In this document: piece by piece, positions 36,934-48,716 of the stretch
How the letters are laid out: each line of letters starts with the position of its first letter
How positions within the stretch are numbered: the first letter of the stretch is position 1
Origin: Candidatus Omnitrophota bacterium
Lineage (GTDB): Bacteria > Omnitrophota > Gorgyraeia > JAFGGP01
Length of the DNA: 64,000 nucleotides
NCBI GenBank assembly: GCA_016930485.1
Contig: JAFGGP010000041.1
Location: forward strand, 4,005 to 68,004
Direction: 5' to 3'
Notes under the pieces: model-generated
Seen by the model: only the letters and a program-made list of their open reading frames with translations
The model's database searches: none
What the model was told of the DNA's origin: nothing
Translations under genes and position numbers: made by a program

Positions 36934-37130
36934 CTATCCCTTTTTCCAACAAAAGTCTTTACTGCACATGTATCCAGATCCAGTTGCCGCAACGAAAGAT
37001 TAACCGAGCGTAATTTTCTTAATGCCTCAACCGTAAATCCCATCTTCTCTAACTCAGGCCTTCTAAATCGACTTCTGGGACCCCGCAGTTCGTGATTCAC
37101 TCCATCCCCCTCCCTTTTCGAATCATTCAA
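36930..37130 (-). CDS. candidate small basic ORF between mraZ and rsmH (66 aa from TTG 37130, or 56 aa from GTG 37100)
   Basis: It fills the 189-nt mraZ-rsmH spacer. GGGAGGGGG lies 5-8 nt upstream of the GTG at 37100. Its TGA overlaps the rsmH TTG start (TTGA). Confidence 0.3.
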   Translation of the reverse strand: MNDSKREGDGVNHELRGPRSRFRRPELEKMGFTVEALRKLRSVNLSLRQLDLDTCAVKTFVGKRDS

Positions 37131-37563
37131 AATCGAATAGTTTCTCCGCTATCTCTTCAAAGCTGCCCTTGCTCTGGTCGTAAAACATCTTCCAGTTCTC
37201 CTTTGCCCATATCTCGATTCTATTCGATACCCCGACTACTACGACCTCGCGTTTGATATCTGCGTATTGCTTCAGATACGCGGGAATGAGAATGCGCCCC
37301 TGTTTATCGCAGACCACCTCTGCTGCGCCGGAAAAAAAGAGTCTGTTAAACTGCCTGGCCTCCGGCTTAGTGAAAGAAAGGTTCTTAAATTTGCTTTCCT
37401 GTGTGCGCCACTCGTCTTCGGTAAAGAGAAAAAGACACGTGTCGAGTCCGCGGGTAAGATAAAATTTCTCTGCATAGTGCTCTTTAAAAGATTCCCTGAA
37501 TCGGGCAGGAATGATAATGCGGCCTTTTCTATCGAGGGTGTGGGAAAACTCTCCGTAAAACAT
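37123..37563 (-). CDS. mraZ: transcriptional regulator MraZ
   Basis: 146 aa with two DRKGRIIIPARFR / DKQGRILIPAYLK SpoVT-AbrB repeats. Confidence 0.9.
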   Translation of the reverse strand: MFYGEFSHTLDRKGRIIIPARFRESFKEHYAEKFYLTRGLDTCLFLFTEDEWRTQESKFKNLSFTKPEARQFNRLFFSGAAEVVCDKQGRILIPAYLKQYADIKREVVVVGVSNRIEIWAKENWKMFYDQSKGSFEEIAEKLFDFE

Positions 37564-37591
37564 CGCGCCCCTTCTCGTTGCCCAGGGTGTA

Positions 37592-37620
37592 AACCACTTT
37601 CAACCACTTTTAACCACTTT
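37592..37620 (-). promoter_or_regulatory. three direct repeats AAAGTGGTT at exact 10-bp spacing: putative MraZ operator
   Basis: Plus strand AACCACTTT at 37592-37600, 37602-37610 and 37612-37620. They lie 29-57 nt upstream of the mraZ ATG and immediately downstream of the candidate -10. Confidence 0.6.
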
Positions 37621-37629
37621 GTATCTCTA

Positions 37630-37658
37630 AATATAGTGGAGAGTTAGGAAAAAGTCAA
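37630..37658 (-). promoter_or_regulatory. candidate dcw (Pmra-like) promoter TTGACT-17-TATATT
   Basis: Minus strand: -35 at 37653-37658, -10 at 37630-37635, 17-nt spacer. Confidence 0.55.
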
Positions 37659-37763
37659 GGGGTTTTTATATTTTTTATTATATATACTACAGGGTGTATT
37701 TTAGTGATTGTTATATGCTATATATTGGGGTTTAAAAGGTGGAGGAAAACCAGCGGCGGGTAG

Positions 37764-38708
37764 TTACTGCGTAATAATTTTGTATTGTGCAAGAATTTTT
37801 TTTGCCTGGTTAGAGTCATCCTGGATCTGCATAAATAGCATCTCCTTTGAGGGAAACGGCCTTTCATCCCGTAACTTCTCGATAAATACAATCTCAAGAT
37901 CTTCCCCATACAGCGACCCTTCAAATTCAAAGATATGCGCCTCTATGACCGGCTCCTGCGTGCTACCAAAAGTAGGTCTGGTCCCTATATTAACAACCCC
38001 GCCAAATATCTTTTCTCTGTATTTTATGTGGACGGCGTACACGCCGGAAGGCGGAATTGCCTCGTGATGTGGATCAATATTGGCGGTCGGAAAACCCATA
38101 ATATGGCCCCTTCCTGCCCCGGAGACTACTGTTCCCAAAATAGCAATGTCCCTCCCCAGCGACTGTCGGGCCTTTTCAAATTCACCCTGTTCGATCAGTT
38201 TTCTGACAAAAGAACTGGATATGGTCTGGCCGTTTATCTTTTCGAGCGCGACACCCGTAACCAGAAAATCATATTTCTTCCCCAGCACCTCTAAAAAAGC
38301 GGCATCGCCCTGTCTTTTTCTTCCAAAGAGGAAATTCTCTCCGATGTAAAGACGTGCTACACGTAATTTCCTGACCAGCACGTCATCGACAAAATATTCC
38401 GGTTCCATATCACAGAATTCGCGGGTAACATGCACTACCACACACGCATCAACCCCTAATCGTCCAATCAGTCTTAAGCGATGTGCTAATGAGGTCAAAA
38501 GCGGTGGATGAGCCTTGGTCCCGACGACCGCCAACGGGTGGGGGTCAAAGGTAACAACGAGCGAAATTAAATCATGATGTCTCGCCTCTCGAACGGCATA
38601 TTCGATAATCTTGCGGTGACCCCGGTGCACCCCATCAAATACGCCGATAGCACAGGAAGACCGTTTCGGTAACTCTTCAACCACATCAATTCCATGGAAT
38701 ATACGCAT
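37764..38708 (-). CDS. ribF: bifunctional riboflavin kinase / FMN adenylyltransferase
   Basis: 314 aa with GVFDGVHRGH and the PTAN motif. Confidence 0.9.
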   Translation of the reverse strand: MRIFHGIDVVEELPKRSSCAIGVFDGVHRGHRKIIEYAVREARHHDLISLVVTFDPHPLAVVGTKAHPPLLTSLAHRLRLIGRLGVDACVVVHVTREFCDMEPEYFVDDVLVRKLRVARLYIGENFLFGRKRQGDAAFLEVLGKKYDFLVTGVALEKINGQTISSSFVRKLIEQGEFEKARQSLGRDIAILGTVVSGAGRGHIMGFPTANIDPHHEAIPPSGVYAVHIKYREKIFGGVVNIGTRPTFGSTQEPVIEAHIFEFEGSLYGEDLEIVFIEKLRDERPFPSKEMLFMQIQDDSNQAKKILAQYKIITQ

Positions 38709-39420
38709 TGGTTTGACTCAACTCCCTACACGAAGAAACGTCCTTCAGCTGATCCAGAGAGAGTGCCTGCGCAACATTAAACTGTCCCGAACCTATTCTG
38801 TGTAACGCCTCAAGGCAACAAGGCACACTCAGTCTTTTTCCTATCTGTTCGCACAGCGTGCGAATATAGGTACCCTTGGAGCAATGAATATCCACGGTAA
38901 GCCGGGGAAACTGAAAGTCGCGCAACACCAGTTTATATATGGTGACTGTCCTGGATTGTCGCTCAACCTCGATGCCTTTCCTGGCAAGTTCGTATAACCG
39001 CTTTCCCTGATGATGCACCGCAGAAAACATCGGTGGTGTCTGCTCAATGCTTCCTATAAACTTCGGCAAAACCTCTTCGATCATCTCGCGCGTCAACACA
39101 AAATCCTCGGGTGCCAGTACCGAAATAACGGTGCCGGAGGCATCCAGTGTATCGGTCTTTTTGCCAAACTGTATGCAGGCACGGTATATCTTATCGTCTG
39201 CGATTAACTCCCGGCTTTTTTTTGTCGCGCGTCCCAGCAGAATCACTAAAAGACCGGTCGCCAACGGATCCAGCGTACCGGCATGGCCAACCTTTTTGAT
39301 CCTAAATTTTTTTCTCACAAAATCAACTACATCGTGAGACGTCACGCTCCTCGGCTTATTGACTAACAAAATGCCTGTGATGTCTTGTGGAGTATGTATT
39401 GTCTCTGCTGGTGCCATCAT
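38686..39420 (-). CDS. truB: tRNA pseudouridine55 synthase
   Basis: 244 aa with GILLVNKP and the catalytic HAGTLDPLATG. Confidence 0.9.
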   Translation of the reverse strand: MMAPAETIHTPQDITGILLVNKPRSVTSHDVVDFVRKKFRIKKVGHAGTLDPLATGLLVILLGRATKKSRELIADDKIYRACIQFGKKTDTLDASGTVISVLAPEDFVLTREMIEEVLPKFIGSIEQTPPMFSAVHHQGKRLYELARKGIEVERQSRTVTIYKLVLRDFQFPRLTVDIHCSKGTYIRTLCEQIGKRLSVPCCLEALHRIGSGQFNVAQALSLDQLKDVSSCRELSQTNAYIPWN

Positions 39421-39421
39421 G

Positions 39422-40384
39422 TTAGGAGCCGATATGCTGTTGAATAGTCCTTACCACCGTGTCTATAGCCTCACGTAATGTCCCCCGTAACTCACAGCCT
39501 GAGGCAGCGGCATGTCCGCCTCCCCCAAACAACTGCGCAATCCTATTTACATCAAGGTCGCCTTTCGAGCGAAGACTCACTTTAACTATGCCATCATCGT
39601 TTTCTCGAAAGAACACCCCGACTTTTACGCCCTTAATAAAACGGGCATAGTCGACATAGTATTCACTGTTGACCATCTTCGTCCCGGTTTCTTCAAGGGT
39701 CTTCCTTGATAGATAGAGGTACGCGACTGAGCCGTCCGCCGTGACCGACAGGGTACACAATACCTCTGCCAGGGCCCGAATGTCCTCCACACCCACCTGC
39801 CCCCTCAGTTTGTTATGAATAAGTTCTGGCTGCAGTCCTCTCTTGATAAGTTCCGCCGCGATAATATGCGTCTGGGCAGACGTGTTTGAATAGCTGAAAT
39901 TGCCGGTATCAGTAGCAATACTGACGTACATACACAACGCCGCCTCGCGGCACACTTCTATACCGATCTCCTGGTAGAGAAGATATATCATCTCGCCAAC
40001 GCTGGAACGGTCCCCCTCTACCCAGTTTACCGAGCCAAAATACTGATTGCTGATGTGATGATCGATGTTGACGATGCAGGGAAACGTGCCAAGAAATCCC
40101 TGGATAGGGCCGGTCCGGTCGAGGGTAGGACAGTCAAGAACGATGCTTGCCTCGGCATGAGGGATGTCTCCCGGCGATACGCCTGCCCGTTCAACGTACG
40201 GTAAGAAACGAAACTGTTCAGGAATCGGTTCGCCGTTTAGCAGATAGGCCTTTTTTCCCATCTTCTGCAAAAGAAGAAAAAAGGCAAGCTGGGCGCCTAC
40301 CGCATCCCCTTCCAGATTGACATGCGAGGAAATAACGAATGTATCTCGTTCGGTCAGTGCCTGTACAGCTTCTTTCAGTGGCAT
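39422..40384 (-). CDS. nrnA: DHH/DHHA1 phosphoesterase (NrnA-like oligoribonuclease / pAp phosphatase)
   Basis: 320 aa with DGDAVG, DHH and GGGH motifs. Confidence 0.75.
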   Translation of the reverse strand: MPLKEAVQALTERDTFVISSHVNLEGDAVGAQLAFFLLLQKMGKKAYLLNGEPIPEQFRFLPYVERAGVSPGDIPHAEASIVLDCPTLDRTGPIQGFLGTFPCIVNIDHHISNQYFGSVNWVEGDRSSVGEMIYLLYQEIGIEVCREAALCMYVSIATDTGNFSYSNTSAQTHIIAAELIKRGLQPELIHNKLRGQVGVEDIRALAEVLCTLSVTADGSVAYLYLSRKTLEETGTKMVNSEYYVDYARFIKGVKVGVFFRENDDGIVKVSLRSKGDLDVNRIAQLFGGGGHAAASGCELRGTLREAIDTVVRTIQQHIGS

Positions 40385-40386
40385 GG

Positions 40387-40770
40387 CTACTCCCGGTCTT
40401 TGTGGGGGTCCGCATCATTTTGTTCGCGATCGGAGGCCCTCAGTATGTGATCCATTTTGATATTAAACTCTATCGAATCATCAAGTTGAAAATCAAGAAG
40501 TGGGATGTTTTTCATAATCAGCCGTTTTTTAAGAAGGGTCCTGATGTATCCGCCGGCATGACCGAGGCCCGTCAAATCCTTCTCAAGTTGTTTTCCTTCG
40601 TCTAACGTGCTGATATATACCTTTGCAAACTGAAGGTCTGCCGTAACCTCAACCCGCGTTACCGTCAAATGCCCGATACGTGGATCTTTGAGGTCGCTTC
40701 GAATGATATTGCTAATTTCTCTCCTCAGGCTCTCGGCGACCCGCAAATGTCTTGATGGTCCCATCATCAC
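40387..40770 (-). CDS. rbfA: ribosome-binding factor A
   Basis: 127 aa with RVAESLRREISNII...DPR...VTVTRVEVT. Confidence 0.85.
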   Translation of the reverse strand: MMMGPSRHLRVAESLRREISNIIRSDLKDPRIGHLTVTRVEVTADLQFAKVYISTLDEGKQLEKDLTGLGHAGGYIRTLLKKRLIMKNIPLLDFQLDDSIEFNIKMDHILRASDREQNDADPHKDRE

Positions 40771-40779
40771 AACCTCTCC

Positions 40780-41061
40780 TTATAAAAACTGTTTGCTCGC
40801 CTCAAGCAGCAGTACCCCGCGATAGACAAAGACCTCCTGGATTACCTTTTCGAGAATGGAATGCGCTAACGTCGTATCGTTGGATATAAGCGATACGCCC
40901 AATCCCGTCCTCTGCCACTTGTCGGTTTGGTCTAACTCTGAAACAGAAATATTGAACTTTCCCCGCAGCCGTTCTTTCAACCCTTTGATAATCCTTCGCT
41001 TTGCCTTTAAGGAATCGCTCTCCGGCAAATGAAGGTCAAGGTATAAAATTCCGATAATCAC
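40780..41061 (-). CDS. DUF503 (YlxP-like) protein
   Basis: 93 aa, GTG start, with a SLKAKR motif. The position upstream of rbfA is typical of this family. Confidence 0.6.
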   Translation of the reverse strand: MIIGILYLDLHLPESDSLKAKRRIIKGLKERLRGKFNISVSELDQTDKWQRTGLGVSLISNDTTLAHSILEKVIQEVFVYRGVLLLEASKQFL

Positions 41062-41125
41062 GGCATCGTTATGCGGCCGGTCGGGAGAACGGGGATATCC
41101 GCCTTGCCGGCCGCACCCTTTCGAA

Positions 41126-42019
41126 TTACGGTCTCGGATGAAACCGGCGGTGTATGCTCTTTAACCTTTCTCTATCGACATGCGTGTAAATCTGCGTCGT
41201 AGAAATATCGGCGTGCCCTAACATCTCCTGCACGACCCGCAAGTCCGCCCCCCGTTCCAAGAGGTGCGTGGCGAAAGAATGTCGCAGGGTATGCGGCATA
41301 ATTTTTTTTCGTATCCCTGCCTCCCGGGCGTACTTTTTAATAATCTTCCAGATGCTCTGCCGGGATATTTTCCTCCCTAACTGAGAAATAAACATCTCCC
41401 GAATGGTGCCGCCGTGGCCCTTCAAAAAATACGGACGTGCTCCATCAAGATACATGCGGAGATACCTCAGGGCCATCTTCCCTATGGGGACAATTCGTTC
41501 TCGCCCGCCCTTCCCCTGACATCGGATGAACCCTGCCTCGGTATTGATATGCTCAAGGCGCAGATTGACGGCCTCCGAAACCCTCAACCCGCTGGCGTAC
41601 AGCAGCTCAAGAAGGGCCCTGTCACGAACGCCCTTTTTCTTGTGGGTATTGGGCTGGCTCAGGAGCCGAGCAACCTCATCCTGACTCAGGCAATCAGGAA
41701 GATTCTGCCATAACTTGGGGCTATCAACAAATGCAGCGATGTTGGTTTCAAGATAGCGCTCGGCAACTAAAAATTTAAAAAAGCTCTTCACCGTCGCCAG
41801 CGAACGTGAAATCGAGCTTGTAGCAAGACCTCGGTCTTTTTCCGAAAGCATAAATTCGCTAATATGCACCCGCTGGATGTCTGTAACGGCTGCTATCTTC
41901 TGCTGCGAAAGAAACGTCACAAATCGCACCAGATCTCTGCGATACGCATGCAGGGTGTTTTTGGAATATCCTTTCTCGATGGAAAGAAATCCTAAAAATT
42001 CGTCAACAACCTTTTCCAT
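41126..42019 (-). CDS. xerD: site-specific tyrosine recombinase XerD
   Basis: Start trimmed to MEKVVDEFLGFL. Carries R...HTLRHSFATHLL...GH...TTQIYTH and a C-terminal FHPRP like XerD. Confidence 0.85.
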   Translation of the reverse strand: MEKVVDEFLGFLSIEKGYSKNTLHAYRRDLVRFVTFLSQQKIAAVTDIQRVHISEFMLSEKDRGLATSSISRSLATVKSFFKFLVAERYLETNIAAFVDSPKLWQNLPDCLSQDEVARLLSQPNTHKKKGVRDRALLELLYASGLRVSEAVNLRLEHINTEAGFIRCQGKGGRERIVPIGKMALRYLRMYLDGARPYFLKGHGGTIREMFISQLGRKISRQSIWKIIKKYAREAGIRKKIMPHTLRHSFATHLLERGADLRVVQEMLGHADISTTQIYTHVDRERLKSIHRRFHPRP

Positions 42020-42038
42020 AAAAGGCCATGTATTCCTT

Positions 42039-42581
42039 TTACTCGCCGGCAACAGCGGGGCCGGCATATCCCGGTTGAGTTTGAGAGGTCTGAACGAACC
42101 AATCGGCAACCTTGCTCGGATGATATATCCGTTGGATATGCATATACATCTTCTCAAGTCTGTTTCTATAATTCTTTGCCCTGTATGTCGTCAGGGTATT
42201 AGCCTCTTCTATCCTGGTGATGAGTTTTCTCAGCTCAGCGATATTTGATGCAAGGTCAACGGTCTGTTCCTCCTTAAGAAGAGAGGCCATCTTCTCCATA
42301 CTGCCCGCTGCCTCGCGCGCACAGAGCAGCTGCCGCTTTTTATTGGAGGTGAGGGATTTAATAAGCTCGTCGTGCCATGATTTCCAGAAAAGATATGCCT
42401 GTGTATAACGCTCTGATGTCGGGGGGACAGCATAGGCATCGTCTTGAAAAAGAACATGCTGCAAACGTGGTTCCTGTACCGGTGTCCTCGTGAATTTCTT
42501 TTTGACCTGCGCACATCCGGCAGACACCAGACATATTGCTAAAACGCCAATAATGAAAGAGTATTCTTTTCGTTTCCGCAT
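42039..42581 (-). CDS. hypothetical lipoprotein
   Basis: 180 aa with a signal peptide and lipobox (LVSAGC). I recognise no family. Confidence 0.5.
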   Translation of the reverse strand: MRKRKEYSFIIGVLAICLVSAGCAQVKKKFTRTPVQEPRLQHVLFQDDAYAVPPTSERYTQAYLFWKSWHDELIKSLTSNKKRQLLCAREAAGSMEKMASLLKEEQTVDLASNIAELRKLITRIEEANTLTTYRAKNYRNRLEKMYMHIQRIYHPSKVADWFVQTSQTQPGYAGPAVAGE

Positions 42582-42583
42582 CG

Positions 42584-45362
<2,779 letters not shown>

Positions 45363-45363
45363 G

Positions 45364-45645
45364 CTATACGAAACGGATATTGAAATCAGAATACTGTTGT
45401 GTTGAGTCTATCCACTCGATGTCTTCGCGCTTTATATATCTTCCCACTGCGGAGTGTCTGATGTGGTCTAAAAAGGTCAGGAGATCCTCCTCCCTCCCTT
45501 CACATAACACCTCAACCCTGCCATCAGGTATATTTTTTACCCAACCGACGAGACCCAGCTTTACGGCTATCGCCTCTGCAGTAAACCGGAATCCGACGCC
45601 CTGAACCCTGCCTGAATAATACACATGAAGGGCCGTTTTTTCCAT
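45364..45645 (-). CDS. acyP: acylphosphatase
   Basis: 93 aa with the GRVQGVGFR motif. Confidence 0.85.
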   Translation of the reverse strand: MEKTALHVYYSGRVQGVGFRFTAEAIAVKLGLVGWVKNIPDGRVEVLCEGREEDLLTFLDHIRHSAVGRYIKREDIEWIDSTQQYSDFNIRFV

Positions 45646-45795
45646 ACTATAGTAACCCTATAGGTAGTAAAAAGTGCACCTTTTTGATCTGTTTCCCAAA
45701 GGCCTGTGATAACACATGCATGAAACCGCCGGCAATCTTACTTGCGACGCGCCTCCGATAAACAGAAGGAGGCTCTTTCCAACGGGGTAAAAGAC

Positions 45796-45873
<78 letters not shown>

Positions 45874-45887
45874 GAATATAGCGGGTT

Positions 45888-45896
45888 ATTATAACA
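45888..45896 (-). promoter_or_regulatory. candidate extended -10 (TGTTATAAT) for tRNA-Pro
   Basis: On the minus strand TATAAT (45888-45893) is preceded by TGT, 14 nt upstream of the tRNA 5' end. No good -35 was seen. Confidence 0.3.
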
Positions 45897-45966
45897 TACA
45901 ATCACACGTTGTGCCTTAAGAAAAGCCCTGCGCCCCTTCCTATCTGCCCGCCCTGTCTCCTCAGCA

Positions 45967-46605
45967 TCAGCAAAATCCGTATTTTTGCAACATATCCTCA
46001 TCGATGCCGTCTGCCCTGAAATGTCCCAGATACTTTCGCACATATTTTCCCAGAATATCGCATTCAATATTTATCTTCATCCCCGTCTGTTTGAACCGCA
46101 ATCCCGTATGCGCCACGGTAAAGGGAATAAGGGAGACCGAAAAACCGTCTTCGGTTAAGGAGGCGATTGTCAGACTGATTCCGTCAACGGCGACCGAACC
46201 CTTTGTAACCATATATGCACTCAGGGGAGGGTCGACCTGAATGCGTAATTCAGTGGTGCTCCCCGCGCTCTTAAGCGTCCGGATAATCCCGATACCATCG
46301 ACATGTCCCGTTACAATATGTCCGCTTAATCTGTCTGATGCCCGGAGTGCCCTCTCGAGATTGACGTCTCGCCCGATTCTGAGGTCCGAAAAGGTAGTCC
46401 GGTGTAAAGTCTCTCGCACAATATCAAAATCTAATAAGCCATCCTTCGCTGCAAGCACTGTTAGACACACGCCGTCGACCAAAATGCTGTCCCCTGGCGA
46501 TGCGTCGGCACCCACCAAAGAGGAGCGCACAGTTATCCTCGCCCCAAAAGGCCTCTGTTGTACAACAGCAACCTGACCGATTTCCTCGACAATACCGGTA
46601 AACAT
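45967..46605 (-). CDS. ribE: riboflavin synthase alpha chain
   Basis: MFTGIVEEIG N-terminus. Its ATG at 46605 overlaps the ribD TGA (TGATG). Confidence 0.85.
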   Translation of the reverse strand: MFTGIVEEIGQVAVVQQRPFGARITVRSSLVGADASPGDSILVDGVCLTVLAAKDGLLDFDIVRETLHRTTFSDLRIGRDVNLERALRASDRLSGHIVTGHVDGIGIIRTLKSAGSTTELRIQVDPPLSAYMVTKGSVAVDGISLTIASLTEDGFSVSLIPFTVAHTGLRFKQTGMKINIECDILGKYVRKYLGHFRADGIDEDMLQKYGFC

Positions 46606-47741
46606 CAAAGAAGCCCCTCTATGAGAAAATCACATCCTATTTTTCTTACCGTGCAGTCGCGTATGCCTATTGCCGACCGTACCGAGTTAACTCCCCTTCC
46701 TTCAACAGCCGTCAGGGCATCGGCACCTCCCAGTATCTTGGGGGCGATAAAAAAATAGACCTTCTGAACAACGCGTTCTTCAAGCGCGCCGGCAATAACT
46801 GATCCCCCGCCCTCGATCAAAACACTCGCGATGGACATCTTGCCGAGCGCACGCAGTATCTGTCGGAAAGAAAGCTTTCCTCGGCGAGCGCTGACAAAAA
46901 GCAGCGAATGTCCTTTTTTCTGAAGCCGCTTTATCTTGCGGACCTTCGTACGTCTTACGCTCGTATTCGCAATCATGATGACACGCCCCGGAGACCGTCG
47001 TGAAAAAATGCGGGCGTTCTCCGGTATCCGCAGCCGACTATCCAAGATAACCTTGACGGGTTGTGTGCGTGACAGCCGGTATCCGCTAATCCCCCCAAGC
47101 CGCGCACTGAGATAGGGGTTATCCTTCAGGACCGTTGCGCTGCCAACCAGTACCGCATCATAGTACCTCCGGAGCCGGTGCACCTCCTGTCGGGCCTGTA
47201 CAGATGTAATCCATCGTGAATCGCCCGATCGGGCAGCGGCAATCTTGCCGTCAAGACTCTCGGCTATCTTGACTGCGACAAAAGGCATGCGTGTTCTGAT
47301 AAAGGTTAAAAAAAATTCGTTTAACCGTGCCCCCTCAGCCGCTCTAACCCCGCTGACCACCTCGATACCTGAGCGCCTGAGACGGCGTATCCCTCTGCCG
47401 TCATTAAGAGGATTGGGGTCGCGATTAGCGATGACGACCCGTTTAATTCCGTGGGCAATGATCGAATCACAACAAGGCGGCGTATTACCAAAATGGGTGC
47501 ATGGCTCGAGATTGACATAGAGCGTAGCGCCCTTTGCGCGGCTACCGGCGCGGCGCAGTGCAACTGCCTCCGCATGTTCTGTTCCATAACGCCGGTGATA
47601 ACCCGAGGCAATGACGGTTCCTTTTTTAACAATCAAGGCACCTACCATCGGGTTAGGGCTCGTCTTACCCCTCCCCCGCCTGGCAAGCCTCAGGACCTGC
47701 GCCATATAACGATGATCTGTAATAGTAGCTGTGTGACTCAA
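46605..47741 (-). CDS. ribD: bifunctional diaminohydroxyphosphoribosylaminopyrimidine deaminase / 5-amino-6-(5-phosphoribosylamino)uracil reductase
   Basis: 378 aa with the deaminase HAEAVAL...PCTHFGNTPPC motif plus a reductase domain. Confidence 0.9.
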   Translation of the reverse strand: MSHTATITDHRYMAQVLRLARRGRGKTSPNPMVGALIVKKGTVIASGYHRRYGTEHAEAVALRRAGSRAKGATLYVNLEPCTHFGNTPPCCDSIIAHGIKRVVIANRDPNPLNDGRGIRRLRRSGIEVVSGVRAAEGARLNEFFLTFIRTRMPFVAVKIAESLDGKIAAARSGDSRWITSVQARQEVHRLRRYYDAVLVGSATVLKDNPYLSARLGGISGYRLSRTQPVKVILDSRLRIPENARIFSRRSPGRVIMIANTSVRRTKVRKIKRLQKKGHSLLFVSARRGKLSFRQILRALGKMSIASVLIEGGGSVIAGALEERVVQKVYFFIAPKILGGADALTAVEGRGVNSVRSAIGIRDCTVRKIGCDFLIEGLL

Positions 47742-48154
47742 TTCTTCTTTTTGGCAAATCTGGCGATTTTGTCTAAGACGCCGTTTACGAACTTACCCGA
47801 ATCAATATCGCCGAAACGCTTCGCCAGTTCAATGGCCTCATTGATCGAGACCTTCGGCGGGATGTCTTCCCGAAAAAGCAACTCAAAACAGGCAAGACGC
47901 AAAATATTTCTATCAATGGTTGCCATCCTGTGAATGTGCCAGTTTTCCGCAGCCCCTGCGATTACCTCGTCAATCTGCCCCATGTGTTCGGTAGTGCCGC
48001 GTACCAGTTCGTCGGTGAACGAACGGATACCCTCTTCTGCCGGTGGGTAATTTTCCCAGAAATCACCCAAGACCTCGTCGGTGGGGAATTTGGTGATATC
48101 GATCTGATACAGAACCTGAAGTGCCGCTTCCCTTGCCTGAGAACGCTGTCTCAT
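47738..48154 (-). CDS. nusB: transcription antitermination factor NusB
   Basis: 138 aa with REAALQVLYQ and the position after ribH. Confidence 0.9.
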   Translation of the reverse strand: MRQRSQAREAALQVLYQIDITKFPTDEVLGDFWENYPPAEEGIRSFTDELVRGTTEHMGQIDEVIAGAAENWHIHRMATIDRNILRLACFELLFREDIPPKVSINEAIELAKRFGDIDSGKFVNGVLDKIARFAKKKN

Positions 48155-48172
48155 ATTATCCTGCCGTCGTTG

Positions 48173-48640
48173 TTATAGTTGCGCGTAGAGATCGCTCATT
48201 TCAATCGCACTTAACGCGGCATCGGCACCCTTATTGCCGTCCTTGGTGCCGGCCCGTTCAATGGCCTGCTCAATAGTATCGGCGGTAATAATGCCGAAGC
48301 TGACGGGCGCCGGGGAGGTGAGCCCTACCTGCGCAATCCCTTTTGCCGCCTCACTCGCAATATACTCAAAATGCGGTGTCGCCCCACGGATGACCGCCCC
48401 AAGACAGATCACCGCATCATACTTCTTGCCGCCAGCGACGATGCGGGCAGCAAGCTGCGGAATCTCAAAAGCGCCCGGAACCCACACAACGTCGATACCG
48501 TCCTTGCTCGCCCCATGCCTCATCAGTACATCAAGACATCCGTCCAGCAGGCGCTTGGTGATGAAATTATTCACGCGGGCAACAATAACAACAAACTTCC
48601 TGCCTTGCGCGGTTAATTGACCTTCGATAACCTTGCTCAT
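48173..48640 (-). CDS. ribH: 6,7-dimethyl-8-ribityllumazine synthase
   Basis: Start trimmed to MSKVIEGQL (ATG at 48640, GGAGG 6-10 nt upstream). The track start lies inside an intergenic repeat. Confidence 0.9.
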   Translation of the reverse strand: MSKVIEGQLTAQGRKFVVIVARVNNFITKRLLDGCLDVLMRHGASKDGIDVVWVPGAFEIPQLAARIVAGGKKYDAVICLGAVIRGATPHFEYIASEAAKGIAQVGLTSPAPVSFGIITADTIEQAIERAGTKDGNKGADAALSAIEMSDLYAQL

Positions 48641-48653
48641 ACTTACCTCCCCT

Positions 48654-48713
48654 TTTAAGCTTTTAGCCATCGGCCTTCAGCCACTGAAAGCTGAGAGCCG
48701 AAAGCCAAAGGCT
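48654..48713. repeat. inverted array of degenerate heptamers (GCYGANN family)
   Basis: tttaagc ttttagc catcggc cttcagc cactgaaa gctgaga gccgaaa gccaaag gct. It lies in the ribBA-ribH spacer. Confidence 0.7.
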
Positions 48714-48716
48714 TAT

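Noticed and set aside
41126-42019. Tyrosine recombinase as a sign of an integrated mobile element or prophage.
   Set aside because: The full-length protein has a XerD-type C-terminus (…HRRFHPRP). It is flanked by housekeeping genes (ligA, rbfA, truB), with no att-like repeats, adjacent tRNA or phage/IS genes.
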